Shown: positions 32,063 to 41,755 of the stretch, piece by piece | Layout of the letters: each line of letters begins with the position of its first letter | How positions within the stretch are numbered: the first letter of the stretch is position 1 | From: an uncultured bacterium | GTDB lineage: Bacteria > Zixibacteria > MSB-5A5 > JAABVY01 > JAHJOQ01 | DNA: 64,000 nucleotides | NCBI GenBank assembly: GCA_965369655.1 | Contig: CBDUQR010000003.1 | Span: forward strand, 1 to 64,000 | Direction of reading: 5' to 3' | The notes under the pieces: generated by a model | The model's database searches: none | Told to the model about the DNA's origin: nothing | What the model saw: the letters and a program-made list of their open reading frames with translations, nothing else | Translations under genes and position numbers: made by a program

Positions 32063-32629
32063 ATGTACTACATGCTGGAGGAACAACCTCTGGAAGACCT
32101 GGAAGAACTGGCGGTAATTGACAGATATCCTGATGTCGAGGAAGTGCTGTCATGGCTTACCGGCAAGAAGTTCGACATAGAGGTCCGCGAGCCTCTTGAG
32201 TTCATACTTGATGACGATAGCGAAGGCAGGCTGTCAGACTACTTCAACGGGAGTCCGCCCCTGATGAGCAATAGACTCATTGCGGCACTACGGGAAGCCG
32301 GTGTAGACAATATCGACACGTACCCGGCTGTTCTCAAAGATGGTTCAGGTGGGATCGTGTCTGATGACTACGTGGCGATCAACGTTGTCGGGGTAATCAG
32401 AGCGGCAGACATGTCCGCCTCTGTGCCGGCACCGGAGATTCCTGCTGAGCTAATGGATACAAGTTTTGACTCTCTCGTGATTGACGAATCGAAAACCGGT
32501 GGTAAACTCCTGTTCAGGCTGGCTGAATGCGTGACCGGTATTGTGATACACGAAAAGGTGAAAAACCATCTCATAGAGAAAGGTCTCGATTCACTCGGAT
32601 TTATCGAACCCGAAAACTGGATGTCTTAG
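32063..32629 (+). CDS. Putative immunity protein (Imm11/DUF1629-like)
   Basis: Acidic 188 aa directly after the toxin, LMS.RL..AL, LFRLAE...IVI.EKVK. Confidence 0.7.
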   Translation: MYYMLEEQPLEDLEELAVIDRYPDVEEVLSWLTGKKFDIEVREPLEFILDDDSEGRLSDYFNGSPPLMSNRLIAALREAGVDNIDTYPAVLKDGSGGIVSDDYVAINVVGVIRAADMSASVPAPEIPAELMDTSFDSLVIDESKTGGKLLFRLAECVTGIVIHEKVKNHLIEKGLDSLGFIEPENWMS

Positions 32630-32689
32630 ATGCGTTGCTCAACCTGATACTGTGTATAGTTCAGTTGAGCCAATCAAGATATTGATCCA

Positions 32690-33955
32690 ATGAACTTACC
32701 CGCTGAGAATACCGCGTTCGCTCGTCGTCTCTACGGCGATCATATCGAGGAGATCGAATTTCTCCTCGCGCAGAGGATTGGTCTGTTCCATGATCCTGAA
32801 ATCATGTGGCCGGATATCGCCGAGTTCGAAGAACGACTCATGGCTCATGTCGACGGCATGGTGTTAGGCGGCGAAGCAGCCGACGAGATTGCAATCGGGC
32901 TGCTCGACGATGACGACATCGACATTGTGCGCGGTTCGGCATTCACACTCGCATACTCCGAACAAACATCCGCGCTGGAAGCGGTCATCGACAGAATGAT
33001 TCATGCGAGTGACGAAACGCTGCCCGCTTATGTCGATGCCCTGAAACACCCACCGAGCAATCTAATCGCGACTCTGCTTTCTCATCTATTAGAACATGAC
33101 CGCCCGGAAGTGCGGGCTGCGGCAGTGGAAATTCTCGGCTATCGCCGCGAAGGAGATCCGGAACACATCGCCGCAATGCTCGACGACAGTGATAACCACG
33201 TTGCCCGGCAGGCCGCTATTGCGATCCGCCGTCTTCGATATGAGAAAGCCACGGACAGACTGGTTGCGATACTCGACTCGGCAGACACATCCGTAGCTAT
33301 CGAAGCCGGTTTTGCGCTGATGACGTTCCAATCGCCCGCAGGCATCGATTGGTTGCGTGCAACCTGCTCGGCTGCTCACCAGGATTCAGGCAAGGCAGCC
33401 ATATACCTTGCACTCGCCGGCAACCTGAGAGATGCCGAGAGCATCGTTGGAACCGATTCCGGAATGACGTCGGATGGTCTCGGGGCACTCGGAATTATCG
33501 GTAATCCATCCTCCTTTGACAATCTGATTCAGGCAATGAATTCCGACGACGATTCCATCCGCCTCGCAGCCGCCGAGGCGATATATCTGATCACTGGTGC
33601 CGGATTGATCGAGGAGTATACTCATGTCGAAGAGTGGATCGGCCCCGATGAATCCGAGATCGAGACGGATGAGACGACATTGACCAGAGTCTCCACTTCG
33701 CCTGACGCATGGTCAGCCTGGCTCAGCGAAAACGGCGAGAATTTCACACGTGGGCAGAGATGGCGAAACGGCAAACCCTTTGCAGAGTCACTTCTCGTAT
33801 ACGAGATTGCCGATCCCAGGTCGCGCTGCGATCGACGACAGCATGCGTATCTCGAACTGCTCGTGCGAGGAACATGCGATGAGCCATTTGAGGCCGACTG
33901 GTTCATCTCGTCACAGAACATAGCGATTGCGCGGATTAGAGACATTCACGGCTGA
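32690..33955 (+). CDS. HEAT-repeat protein (TIGR02270-like)
   Basis: H.EE..FL..QR, EERL.AHVDG, HEAT repeats, RWRNGKP. Usual member of DUF2169/PAAR modules. Confidence 0.8.
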   Translation: MNLPAENTAFARRLYGDHIEEIEFLLAQRIGLFHDPEIMWPDIAEFEERLMAHVDGMVLGGEAADEIAIGLLDDDDIDIVRGSAFTLAYSEQTSALEAVIDRMIHASDETLPAYVDALKHPPSNLIATLLSHLLEHDRPEVRAAAVEILGYRREGDPEHIAAMLDDSDNHVARQAAIAIRRLRYEKATDRLVAILDSADTSVAIEAGFALMTFQSPAGIDWLRATCSAAHQDSGKAAIYLALAGNLRDAESIVGTDSGMTSDGLGALGIIGNPSSFDNLIQAMNSDDDSIRLAAAEAIYLITGAGLIEEYTHVEEWIGPDESEIETDETTLTRVSTSPDAWSAWLSENGENFTRGQRWRNGKPFAESLLVYEIADPRSRCDRRQHAYLELLVRGTCDEPFEADWFISSQNIAIARIRDIHG

Positions 33956-34011
33956 ATCAGGACACCGGCTATCAGATTGAATTCGTTGATACGCCATATC
34001 GATAGTAGTTC

Positions 34012-35001
34012 TCAACTTATGTGATCGGGTGACTCTCGCCCCAGATACTTCACTCGCGCATCTGTCATGTTGCCGCCCTGAGCGGTCCAGTTCGCAATCG
34101 CTCTCTCTCCGCCACCCATGAAAATATCGATGTGATAGTCATTGATCCCGCCGCCGGTGTCGTCAGCTCTCCTCACGCCAACCCGCTCGATGTTGACCCA
34201 GTGACCTGATGGAATTATCTTCGGATCCACAGCAATCGAGACTCCCTCCACAACAGGCCGAAACGCGCCGCCCAAACCGTAGTCAAATTTGGCATTCTCC
34301 TGTTTGGTTATGCGGCGGAAACCATCCTCCCATGCGAGGTCACGCGGATTGATGATCCTGATGTATTGACCGTCTGATGTCTGCCCCGATCCCTGCATAC
34401 AGACGCCTTTTCCGGAAAAGAGAAAGTCATCCTTGTGCCGCTCATGAAGCCCGCGTGCATCGACCAGCTCGCCTCGAAAGTCATCCTCATGGCAGACATT
34501 GTAGGCTGTGACATAAAACGCACTCTCATACCAGGCTTTGTCGAAATCGACCTGCAGTGGGCTGTGTTTGAATTCTGCGTACGGTGCAGTCAGTCGGAAC
34601 TCATGGATGCCACCTTCGCGTGACTCGACCCTGAACGATGTCTTTCCTGTTGAGTCTGACGATTCGGGCTGTGTGATGCTGTCGGATGCGACATTCGACA
34701 GAGCCGACACCTGAACACCCTGCATCGGGGAGCCGTTTCGGGTAATGGTCACCGCAATATCGATGCGTCTGAGCAGACTGTGACTTTCCACTCTCGAATC
34801 GGCCGGAATCAGCGGCAGACCTTCTCGATACGATTTATCCACTGCCATACGAGCGAGAACTGCTACCGATTGCTCATCACTCGATTCTTTCGATGGACCA
34901 CCGAGCAGACGAGCAATCAGCTCGATGATCGGCTTCAAGACAACCCACAGGCAGCGATCAACCGTCTCACCAGCGGCACGCAATATTCTCAACCTCGCCA
35001 A
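34012..35001 (-). CDS. Ig-like plus 3D-domain protein (putative peptidoglycan-active)
   Basis: VTAY, SIAVDPKIIP.G, RADDTGGGI...HIDIFMG match the 3D (three-Asp) domain. Confidence 0.8.
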   Translation of the reverse strand: MARLRILRAAGETVDRCLWVVLKPIIELIARLLGGPSKESSDEQSVAVLARMAVDKSYREGLPLIPADSRVESHSLLRRIDIAVTITRNGSPMQGVQVSALSNVASDSITQPESSDSTGKTSFRVESREGGIHEFRLTAPYAEFKHSPLQVDFDKAWYESAFYVTAYNVCHEDDFRGELVDARGLHERHKDDFLFSGKGVCMQGSGQTSDGQYIRIINPRDLAWEDGFRRITKQENAKFDYGLGGAFRPVVEGVSIAVDPKIIPSGHWVNIERVGVRRADDTGGGINDYHIDIFMGGGERAIANWTAQGGNMTDARVKYLGRESPDHIS

Positions 35002-35075
35002 TTTCCATCATCTTTCCCCCAGACCGAAATATGATACCTCAACTTCCGGATTCCAAACCGCATAAGAAATGACAC

Positions 35076-35104
35076 TTGACACCGCATTCGGTTAAGGTTA
35101 TAAT
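35076..35104 (+). promoter_or_regulatory. Perfect-consensus sigma70 promoter for oadGAB
   Basis: TTGACA-N17-TATAAT. Confidence 0.85.
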
Positions 35105-35211
35105 TCAGCCTTTGTTGACCGAGTTCATGCACTGAAATACAGAAGATGCGTGCCTACATTCGAGGCACCTGTCACAACCACAAGACCAAATAGCTGCGGG
35201 AGTGTTTCCTT

Positions 35212-35424
35212 ATGGACATCACTGAGCTTCTCTTAGTCTGCGTATCAGCATTCGCCGCAGTTTTTGTACTGCTTTCGATACTTGCGGTACTCATGCGACT
35301 GATACTGGTCGTATTCCCCGCGAGAGAACAGCAGGGAGATGCGGCAGTGATTGCGGCTGTTTCGACGACAATGGCCGCGCTTTATCCCGGAACACGGATA
35401 ACCAGGATCGAGGAGATCAAATGA
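35212..35424 (+). CDS. oadG: Na+-translocating decarboxylase gamma/delta subunit
   Basis: Single TM helix plus DAAVIAAVS, overlaps the alpha-subunit start. Confidence 0.75.
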   Translation: MDITELLLVCVSAFAAVFVLLSILAVLMRLILVVFPAREQQGDAAVIAAVSTTMAALYPGTRITRIEEIK

Positions 35425-37283
35425 TTTTCACCGAGCAGAAAAAGACAATCCGCGTAATGTTCACCCCGTTTCGGGATGGGCTGCAAAGCTCATTTGGCGG
35501 AAAAGTTCGCCTGCAGGATTTCCTGCCTGCGATGGTTTACGCCGCCAAAGAAACGGGAATCCATCACTTCGAATTCGGAGGCGGCGCTCGCTACCAGGCT
35601 CCGTTTTTCTATCTCGGAGAGGATCCGTTCGAGACGATGCAGAAGATCAGGGATGCGGTTGGCCCGGAGCCCGATCTGCAGATTCTCACTCGTTCAGTCT
35701 CAGGTGTAACCCTTACGACCCAGTCAATCGAAGCACTGACTCTCCAGGCCCAGCTGATGAAAAAGTATGGCACGACCTGGGATCGCAATTTCGATTACAT
35801 GAACGATACCGACAACCTGATCAACACCGGCAGGCCGATAGTCGATTCCGGCATGCACCACCAGGCCTGCATCGCCATGATGGGTCTGCCGTTCCATTCA
35901 GACAAAGTCCATACTGCAGAATTTTATGTGAACATCGCGAAGAAGCTTCTCGAAAGCGATATTCAGATCGACAGTATCTGCATGAAAGATGCGAGTGGTA
36001 CGACCGATCCCAAAACATGCTATGACACCGCGGTCGGCCTGAGAAAGATCATGCCTCCCGAAATGCCGCTCTGGATGCACACTCACGACACTGCCAGCAT
36101 GGCGGTCGCCTGCTATATGGCGGGCATCGCGGGCGGCGTCGATGGAATCGATCTGTCGGTGAGACCTCTCGCAAGCGGCACTGTCCAGCCGGATGTCCGG
36201 TCAATGGCGCACGCTCTCAAGGGTACCGGCTACGATCTCGATCTCGATCCCGACAAGATGCAGACGATCGAAGATATGCTCAACGAGTCGATGAAAGATT
36301 ACGCATTCAACCCGGCCACGACCACTCCCGATGCGCGTGTAGTTGGATTCCCGATGCCGGGCGGCGCGATCGGTCCAAATGTACACATGATGGTGAAATC
36401 GGGCGTGATACATAAGTACGGCGATGTGCTCGCTGAGTTCCCCGTTGTCGTGGAGGCCGGAGGCGCATGGACATCGGTGACGCCCGGAAGCCAGCAGTAC
36501 TGGCTGCAGGCGTTCAACAATGTTCTCTACGGGCGCTGGGATAAAATTGAAGCGGGCTATGGCCGAGCGGTGCTCGGCTATTTCGGCAAGACGCCATTGC
36601 CGCCTGATCCTGAAGTCGTTAAAATGGCGTCGAAACAGCTTGGACTCGAGCCGTTCGACGGTGATCCGCTCGAAGCAGCCCCCAGGAATATCGAACCAGC
36701 GAAGAAGGCGCTCGAAGAGCGCGGATTGTCCACTGACGAGAAGAATATCTTCCTGGTGGTCAGCGCGATGGTGCCCGGAAAGAAAATGGAAACCAACGAA
36801 GGCATCAGACTCCTGACAGGCAAACCGAAAATCGACGTACCCCTGAAGAAGAAAGAAGAACCAAAACCGGCTTCGGTAGCTGCAGCGGCAGTGAATCCCG
36901 GACAGGCGGCCGCAATCACAGGACCTGTCACATCACGATGCGTTGTCGATGAAGGCGGCTCGATCAGAACATTCACAGTTACAATTGAACCGACTGGCGC
37001 AGTCGCTTCGGCAACCGCTACGCAGACAATCGCCGCCGCCCCCGCTGCTCCGCCTGTTTCCGGCGGCACAAAAGTCATGTCGAGTTTTGCCGGTTTGGTT
37101 GAGGTTGTCGATATCCTCGTCAAAGTCGGAGATACTGTCAGCAAAGGCCATGTCATCGCGGCAGTCGAGGCGATGAAAGCGAAGCATGATATCAAGTCGC
37201 CATGTGACGGCAAGGTGACATCTATTGATGTCGCGATAGGCGACGAGATTGATTCAACCAAACCGATCATGACCATCGCTTAG
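35421..37283 (+). CDS. oadA: Oxaloacetate-decarboxylase alpha-like subunit (carboxyltransferase plus biotinyl domain)
   Basis: FRDGLQS, MKD, HTHDT, PGG, SVTPGSQ, Ala/Pro linker, EAMK biotin site. Confidence 0.88.
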   Translation: MIFTEQKKTIRVMFTPFRDGLQSSFGGKVRLQDFLPAMVYAAKETGIHHFEFGGGARYQAPFFYLGEDPFETMQKIRDAVGPEPDLQILTRSVSGVTLTTQSIEALTLQAQLMKKYGTTWDRNFDYMNDTDNLINTGRPIVDSGMHHQACIAMMGLPFHSDKVHTAEFYVNIAKKLLESDIQIDSICMKDASGTTDPKTCYDTAVGLRKIMPPEMPLWMHTHDTASMAVACYMAGIAGGVDGIDLSVRPLASGTVQPDVRSMAHALKGTGYDLDLDPDKMQTIEDMLNESMKDYAFNPATTTPDARVVGFPMPGGAIGPNVHMMVKSGVIHKYGDVLAEFPVVVEAGGAWTSVTPGSQQYWLQAFNNVLYGRWDKIEAGYGRAVLGYFGKTPLPPDPEVVKMASKQLGLEPFDGDPLEAAPRNIEPAKKALEERGLSTDEKNIFLVVSAMVPGKKMETNEGIRLLTGKPKIDVPLKKKEEPKPASVAAAAVNPGQAAAITGPVTSRCVVDEGGSIRTFTVTIEPTGAVASATATQTIAAAPAAPPVSGGTKVMSSFAGLVEVVDILVKVGDTVSKGHVIAAVEAMKAKHDIKSPCDGKVTSIDVAIGDEIDSTKPIMTIA

Positions 37284-37295
37284 GCGCTGCAGCAC

Positions 37296-38423
37296 ATGGA
37301 TACAATAATAGAGCTACTCAGGCAGTCCGGCTTTTCCAACATATCGTTTGGGAATCTGGCGATGTTTGCCATTGCCGGAACTCTCATCTATCTTGCGATA
37401 GCGAAGAATTATGAGCCAATGCTTCTGATACCGATCGGATTCGGCGCGATGCTCGCGAACCTCCCTATGGCCGACATGGGATCTTACGGCCAGGGCCTGA
37501 TGGGGCTGATATATAAGACGGGAATCAAGACTGAGCTTCTCCCGCCGATTGTATTCCTCGGTATAGGAGCCCTGATCGATTTCCGTCCGCTCCTTGGGCG
37601 TCCTCTCACGTTCCTGCTTGGCGCAGCAGCTCAACTCGGTATTTTTATCGCGGCGATAGGAGCCGCATGGCTGCTCGGATTCTCATTGAAGGAAGCAGCC
37701 AGTATCGGCATTATTGGAGGCGCCGACGGTCCGACCTCGATATTCCTTGCGTCGCAACTCGCACCGCACCTTCTCGGACCGATAGCGGTTGCAGCATACA
37801 GTTATATGTCACTCGTACCGATTATCCAGCCGCCGATAATGCGTATGCTGACATCTAAGAAAGAACGTGCGATAGACATGCCACAGGCCAGGCCTGTCTC
37901 AAGGACGGCGGTAATCCTGTTTCCGATCGTTACCGGTATTGTGGCTTGTCTCGGTATTCCGTCGAGTGCTCCACTCATCGGGATGCTTATGTTTGGCAAC
38001 CTACTGCGCGAATGCGGTGTGACAGAGCGCCTGCGCAAAACTGCGGGCGGCTCATTGATAGATATCGTTACGTTATTTCTCTGTCTTGTGGTCGGAGCCA
38101 CAATGGATGCCGTGCATTTCCTGAACCTCGCAACAATCAAGATACTCCTGCTCGGAGCAGTTGCATTCTCGTTCAGCACTGCGGGCGGAATTATGCTCGC
38201 GAAAATCCTGAACATCTTTCTCGCAAAAGGAAAAAAGATCAATCCTTGCATCGGCGCGGCGGGTGTGTCAGCTGTACCGATGGCGGCGCGCGTCGTACAG
38301 AGATTCGTTTCGGATGAGACTGACGGCAGAGTCAATCCGCTGATGCCTGCTATGGGACCGAATGTCGCAGGCGTAATCGGATCGGCCGTAGCGGCGGGAG
38401 TATTCCTGACGCTGCTGTCATAG
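37296..38423 (+). CDS. oadB: Na+-translocating decarboxylase beta subunit
   Basis: EPMLLIPIGFG, IIGGADGPTSI, AYSYMSLVPIIQPP, SAVPMAAR, MGPNVAGVIGSA. Confidence 0.95.
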   Translation: MDTIIELLRQSGFSNISFGNLAMFAIAGTLIYLAIAKNYEPMLLIPIGFGAMLANLPMADMGSYGQGLMGLIYKTGIKTELLPPIVFLGIGALIDFRPLLGRPLTFLLGAAAQLGIFIAAIGAAWLLGFSLKEAASIGIIGGADGPTSIFLASQLAPHLLGPIAVAAYSYMSLVPIIQPPIMRMLTSKKERAIDMPQARPVSRTAVILFPIVTGIVACLGIPSSAPLIGMLMFGNLLRECGVTERLRKTAGGSLIDIVTLFLCLVVGATMDAVHFLNLATIKILLLGAVAFSFSTAGGIMLAKILNIFLAKGKKINPCIGAAGVSAVPMAARVVQRFVSDETDGRVNPLMPAMGPNVAGVIGSAVAAGVFLTLLS

Positions 38424-38500
38424 CTGAGATGCACAGATAACACAATCGAAAGGCAACAGTCGAGTAGAGCCCTTTAGCGGTTCTGCCGCTCTTCCTGAAT

Positions 38501-38558
38501 GGCAGAATCACTCCGTTTCGCTTCCCTTCGCAGGGCTCAGGACTTCGCGGATTCTGCC
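38501..38558. repeat. Palindromic intergenic element (REP-like, possible terminator)
   Basis: GGCAGAATC...GATTCTGCC arms enclosing CCCTTCGcagGgCTCAGGA, a motif also at 53482-53500 and, inverted, inside 54440-54535. Confidence 0.5.
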
Positions 38559-38641
38559 CGTCTGCTACCCTCTCCCAGTTTTCAAGATGTCGAGACCGCG
38601 CGGGTTTCAACATGCTCGACTCAACTCTGTTTCATTCCGAA

Positions 38642-38668
38642 TAATGTAATCGCGCAATAGTCCGATAA
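38642..38668 (+). promoter_or_regulatory. Sigma28-like promoter candidate
   Basis: TAAT-N15-TCCGATAA upstream of the pilus ATPase. Confidence 0.4.
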
Positions 38669-38754
38669 GATATTTAGTGCCAAAGGGGGAGGGCAAGTAC
38701 GTCCGACAAGAAGCATCTGCCGGGCGGACAGCGAATTATGCTATTCGGGAGCGA

Positions 38755-40485
38755 ATGATGAACCGTCGCATCGGCGATATTCTGATCGACAAAGGATTGA
38801 TCACCGACGAAACCCTCCAGCAAACTCTCGAAATCCAGAAACAGACCGGCAAGAAACTCGGTCAGGTCCTGGTAGATGAGCGATATATCACCGAGAATGA
38901 TCTTGCCGAAGCGATCTCCGAGCGGCTGGACATCCCGAAGATGTCGCTCGAAAACATCGTCATCGATCCGGAGTTGATGCAACTTGTCGGCTGCGATCTG
39001 GCGAAGCGTCATCAACTCGTCCCGGTGTTCAGGCTCGGCAACACTCTGACCGTAGCTATGTCGGACCCGATCAATGTCATTGCGGTAGATGAACTCAGAT
39101 TCCTTACCAAGCACAAGATAAACAGGGTAGTTGCAACACATTCCGATATCAGCTCAGCGATCGAGGAGCATTACTCGGTCAGAGATTCACTCGACCAGGC
39201 ACTCGAGGATGCTACCCGACAGAAAGAATCTGAGCTGCTGGACATGGCTGGCGGTGATGTTCGCGACGAAACGCTCGCAGGTGAGGCGCCTGTAATCAAG
39301 TATGTCAATCTTCTCATAGCACAGGCGGTTAGTAACCGGGCGTCCGACATCCATATCGAGCCGGACGAGAAGAGCGTCAGGATACGGTATCGAGTCAACG
39401 GATTGCTTCAGAAGGAAGGTAGCCCGCCGAAAGCGATTCAGTCGGCATTGATTACGAGACTTAAGATCATGGCTGAGATCGACGTCTCAGAGAAACGGGT
39501 ACCACAGGACGGCAGATTCACATTCAACTGGGGAAGCCGGACTGTCGATGTTCGACTCTCGACACTGCCGACTATTCATGGCGAGAAAATCGTCATGCGT
39601 CTGCTCGATCGAAGGAACCTGCTGCTTGGATTGGAGAATCTCGGATTCAGCGATAATGTACTCCGGGGATTCCAGAGCATAACTCGCAAGCCTGAAGGGT
39701 TGATCCTGATTTCGGGTCCGACCGGATCGGGCAAAACGTCAACACTTTATGCCGTGCTTGACGAAATCAACTCCATCGAGAAAAACGTGATTACCGTTGA
39801 AGATCCGGTCGAGTATAACCTGCCCGGCATCAATCAGGTGCAGACCAACGAGAAAGCCGGTCTGACATTTGCGAGTTGCCTGAGGTCTATCCTGCGGCAG
39901 AATCCGGATGTGATAATGGTCGGCGAGATCCGCGACGCCGAGACTGCGGCAATGGCTATCCGATCTGCAATGACGGGACACCTGGTCTTATCGACGATAC
40001 ACACTAACGACGCTGCCGGAGCTGTTACTCGCCTCAACGACATGGGTATCGAAAGCTTCCTTCTGGCATCGAGTCTGTTAGGAGTTCTTGCGCAGAGACT
40101 GGTTCGCGCGGTCTGCCCATCTTGCAAGACTGAGGATACTGTTCCGTCTGCTCTGCTGAATGACCTCGACATCCGTGAGGGTAAAGACGCAACGTTCTAT
40201 CAGGGTGTCGGGTGCGATGAGTGCCACATGACTGGCTATCGGGGCAGAATGGGTGTATTTGAGTTCCTGCCTGTAACTAACAAGATCAAGGATCTCATAC
40301 TGGCTGATAGTTCGTCCGGTCAGATCATGACTGCTGCAGTGGCCGAAGGCATGGTGACGCTGTACCGTGATGCCCTGAGCAAGGCGTTCGATGGCAAGAC
40401 AACCTACCGAGAAGTACTCCGGGTCAGCCAGCGTGGCGAAAAACCAGTACGGAGCAGAGTGAATGCCGCAACAGTACAAGTATAA
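38755..40485 (+). CDS. pilB: Type IV pilus/T2SS assembly ATPase (PilB/MshE/GspE) with MshEN domain
   Basis: RIGDILIDKGLI..KLGQVLV, ASDIHIEP, GPTGSGKTST, VGEIRD, CPSC..CDEC. Confidence 0.92.
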   Translation: MMNRRIGDILIDKGLITDETLQQTLEIQKQTGKKLGQVLVDERYITENDLAEAISERLDIPKMSLENIVIDPELMQLVGCDLAKRHQLVPVFRLGNTLTVAMSDPINVIAVDELRFLTKHKINRVVATHSDISSAIEEHYSVRDSLDQALEDATRQKESELLDMAGGDVRDETLAGEAPVIKYVNLLIAQAVSNRASDIHIEPDEKSVRIRYRVNGLLQKEGSPPKAIQSALITRLKIMAEIDVSEKRVPQDGRFTFNWGSRTVDVRLSTLPTIHGEKIVMRLLDRRNLLLGLENLGFSDNVLRGFQSITRKPEGLILISGPTGSGKTSTLYAVLDEINSIEKNVITVEDPVEYNLPGINQVQTNEKAGLTFASCLRSILRQNPDVIMVGEIRDAETAAMAIRSAMTGHLVLSTIHTNDAAGAVTRLNDMGIESFLLASSLLGVLAQRLVRAVCPSCKTEDTVPSALLNDLDIREGKDATFYQGVGCDECHMTGYRGRMGVFEFLPVTNKIKDLILADSSSGQIMTAAVAEGMVTLYRDALSKAFDGKTTYREVLRVSQRGEKPVRSRVNAATVQV

Positions 40486-41680
40486 GGTCAGGGACAAGTC
40501 GGGCGCGCTGATCACCGGTACGGTGAGAGGCGAAGACACAGCCTCGGTAGAGACTTATCTCGAATCGCTCGATCTGATTCCGATCAAGATAACACCTCAG
40601 CGCGATTTCTCGATACGCAAGATCCTCCTTATCGGCGGATCGAAGCCACGGATTGATGATATTGTGCTCATTACGAGAAAAATGTCGACACTCTACCGTG
40701 CCGGCATTCCGATCCTGAAATCCCTCGAGATAATTGCCGAGCAATACGAAGAAGTCATGCTTGGCACTATCCTCCTGTCAATTAGGGATGATCTGGAGCG
40801 TGGAGAGCACCTGTCTGACTGCATGGCAAAATACCCTAAAGTGTTTTCGCGCATCTACGTGTCGAGCGTCAGGGCGGCTGAGGCGTCTGGAAAACTCGAC
40901 ATCGTTCTCGACAGTCTTGCCGAATCTATGGAGCAGGACCTCGTCACGCGTGAAGAGGTCAGGAAAGCCCTGAGATATCCTGTTACAGTTATGATAGCCA
41001 TCTCGATCGCGTTTATTGTATTGACCACGTTCGTTGTTCCGAAATTCACCCAGTTTTACGGCTCCTACAATACCGAATTACCCGCACCGACACGGATCAT
41101 TATCGTCATCAGCGACGTATTGAGAAATCTCTGGTATATGCTCCTTCCGGGCGCCGTCTTTGGCATCTTCGGCCTGAGGAAATTAGTAAAACAACCCGCA
41201 ATGAGACCCTATGTGGATTCGTTCCTGCTGAAACTTCCGGTTGTCGGAAACCTGCTGGTCAAGACTGCGCTGTCACGGTTTTCGCATATCCTGTCGGTGC
41301 TGGTGGCATCGGGGACCCCTCTTATCCAAAGTCTGGAGATAGTCAGGGACGCAGTCGGGAACCATGTGATCAGCAGCGAAATAGGCAGGATGAGTAACGG
41401 AATGCGAGAGGGACGCAGTCTGGCCGAATGCAGGCATCACATGAAACATTTCCCCAAGCTTGCCATTTCTCTGATGCATGTCGGTCTCGAATCGGGTTCG
41501 CTCGAAATGACCCTGAAAGAAATCAGCAGATTTTTCGATCGAGAGGTCCACTATACGTCGAGCCGACTCACCAGCATGTTGGAGCCATTTGTCCTGATCA
41601 TTGTGGCTGGTATGGTCCTGGTTCTCGCTCTTGCCATATTCCTGCCAATGTGGAATTTAATATCCGTGTTCAAGGCGTGA
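40463..41680 (+). CDS. pilC: PilC/GspF inner-membrane platform protein
   Basis: AGIPI, AEASGKLD, ALRYP, VVPKF, GLESGSL, LEP, IFLPMW. Confidence 0.92.
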   Translation: MPQQYKYKVRDKSGALITGTVRGEDTASVETYLESLDLIPIKITPQRDFSIRKILLIGGSKPRIDDIVLITRKMSTLYRAGIPILKSLEIIAEQYEEVMLGTILLSIRDDLERGEHLSDCMAKYPKVFSRIYVSSVRAAEASGKLDIVLDSLAESMEQDLVTREEVRKALRYPVTVMIAISIAFIVLTTFVVPKFTQFYGSYNTELPAPTRIIIVISDVLRNLWYMLLPGAVFGIFGLRKLVKQPAMRPYVDSFLLKLPVVGNLLVKTALSRFSHILSVLVASGTPLIQSLEIVRDAVGNHVISSEIGRMSNGMREGRSLAECRHHMKHFPKLAISLMHVGLESGSLEMTLKEISRFFDREVHYTSSRLTSMLEPFVLIIVAGMVLVLALAIFLPMWNLISVFKA

Positions 41681-41684
41681 TCGT

Positions 41685-41711
41685 TCAACTCCAAGTCCAA
41701 TATGCCGATAT
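41685..41711 (+). promoter_or_regulatory. Sigma28-like promoter candidate for the major pilin
   Basis: TCAA-N15-GCCGATAT, followed by an AAGGAG RBS. Confidence 0.5.
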
Positions 41712-41755
41712 GCTGAGTGTAAGAATGGCTGCATGTGAAAAAAGGAGTAACTACT

